The notes under the pieces were generated by a model, which was not told the origin of the DNA, ran no database searches, and worked only from the letters and a program-made list of their open reading frames with translations. A stretch of 63,994 nt of DNA from Octopus sinensis (lineage: Eukaryota): the NCBI RefSeq assembly GCF_006345805.1, contig NC_043025.1, forward strand, positions 9,982,007 through 10,046,000. Direction: 5' to 3'. Every line of letters begins with the position of its first letter. Position 1 is the first letter of the stretch. This document shows positions 63,915-63,994 of this stretch, piece by piece. Made by a program: the position numbers and the translations under genes.

Positions 63915-63994
63915 AGATCTTTTCGGTTTGAACGGCAGTTTTTTCTAGCGGTGCCATTTGAAATTGTCACCCATAATTATGACCCTAGTATCGA
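63915..63994 (-). mobile_element. End of a second copy of the 18609-20031 TIR element (runs off the window)
   Basis: agatcttttcggtttgaacggcagttttttctagcggtg...aattgtcacccataattatgaccctagtatcga is the reverse complement of its right-end unit. Confidence 0.85.

Overview
AT-rich, microsatellite-saturated animal DNA; the SINE families and simple-repeat load point to a cephalopod, most likely Octopus (inference). No host protein-coding gene can be supported. Most ORF-track entries are read-throughs of simple or tandem repeats, and the rest overlap transposon fragments or SINEs. The window is a stack of transposon debris: several tRNA-derived SINE families (locally labelled A-F), RTE, CR1 and L1/Tx1 LINE 3' fragments, mariner and Tc1 transposase relics, MITEs (TA-, TTAA- and 8-bp-TSD types), two non-autonomous Helitrons and Penelope-type hammerhead ribozyme motifs. 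The main observation is the 5.3-kb, 69-bp 'satellite' (36.2-41.5 kb). On the minus strand it reads as about 77 copies of a 23-aa STPR-like repeat, set between a degenerate Helitron-type N-terminus and a Helitron-type 'AFRYDP...IG...CxxC...CC' segment, so it appears to have grown out of a Helitron transposase coding repeat. Two SINE families also occur as head-to-tail multimers with fixed junctions, and three of these insertions are bracketed by a single target-site duplication. Coordinates of degenerate repeats are approximate, family names come from motif recognition without database searches, and some 1-2 bp indels in arrays may be consensus errors.
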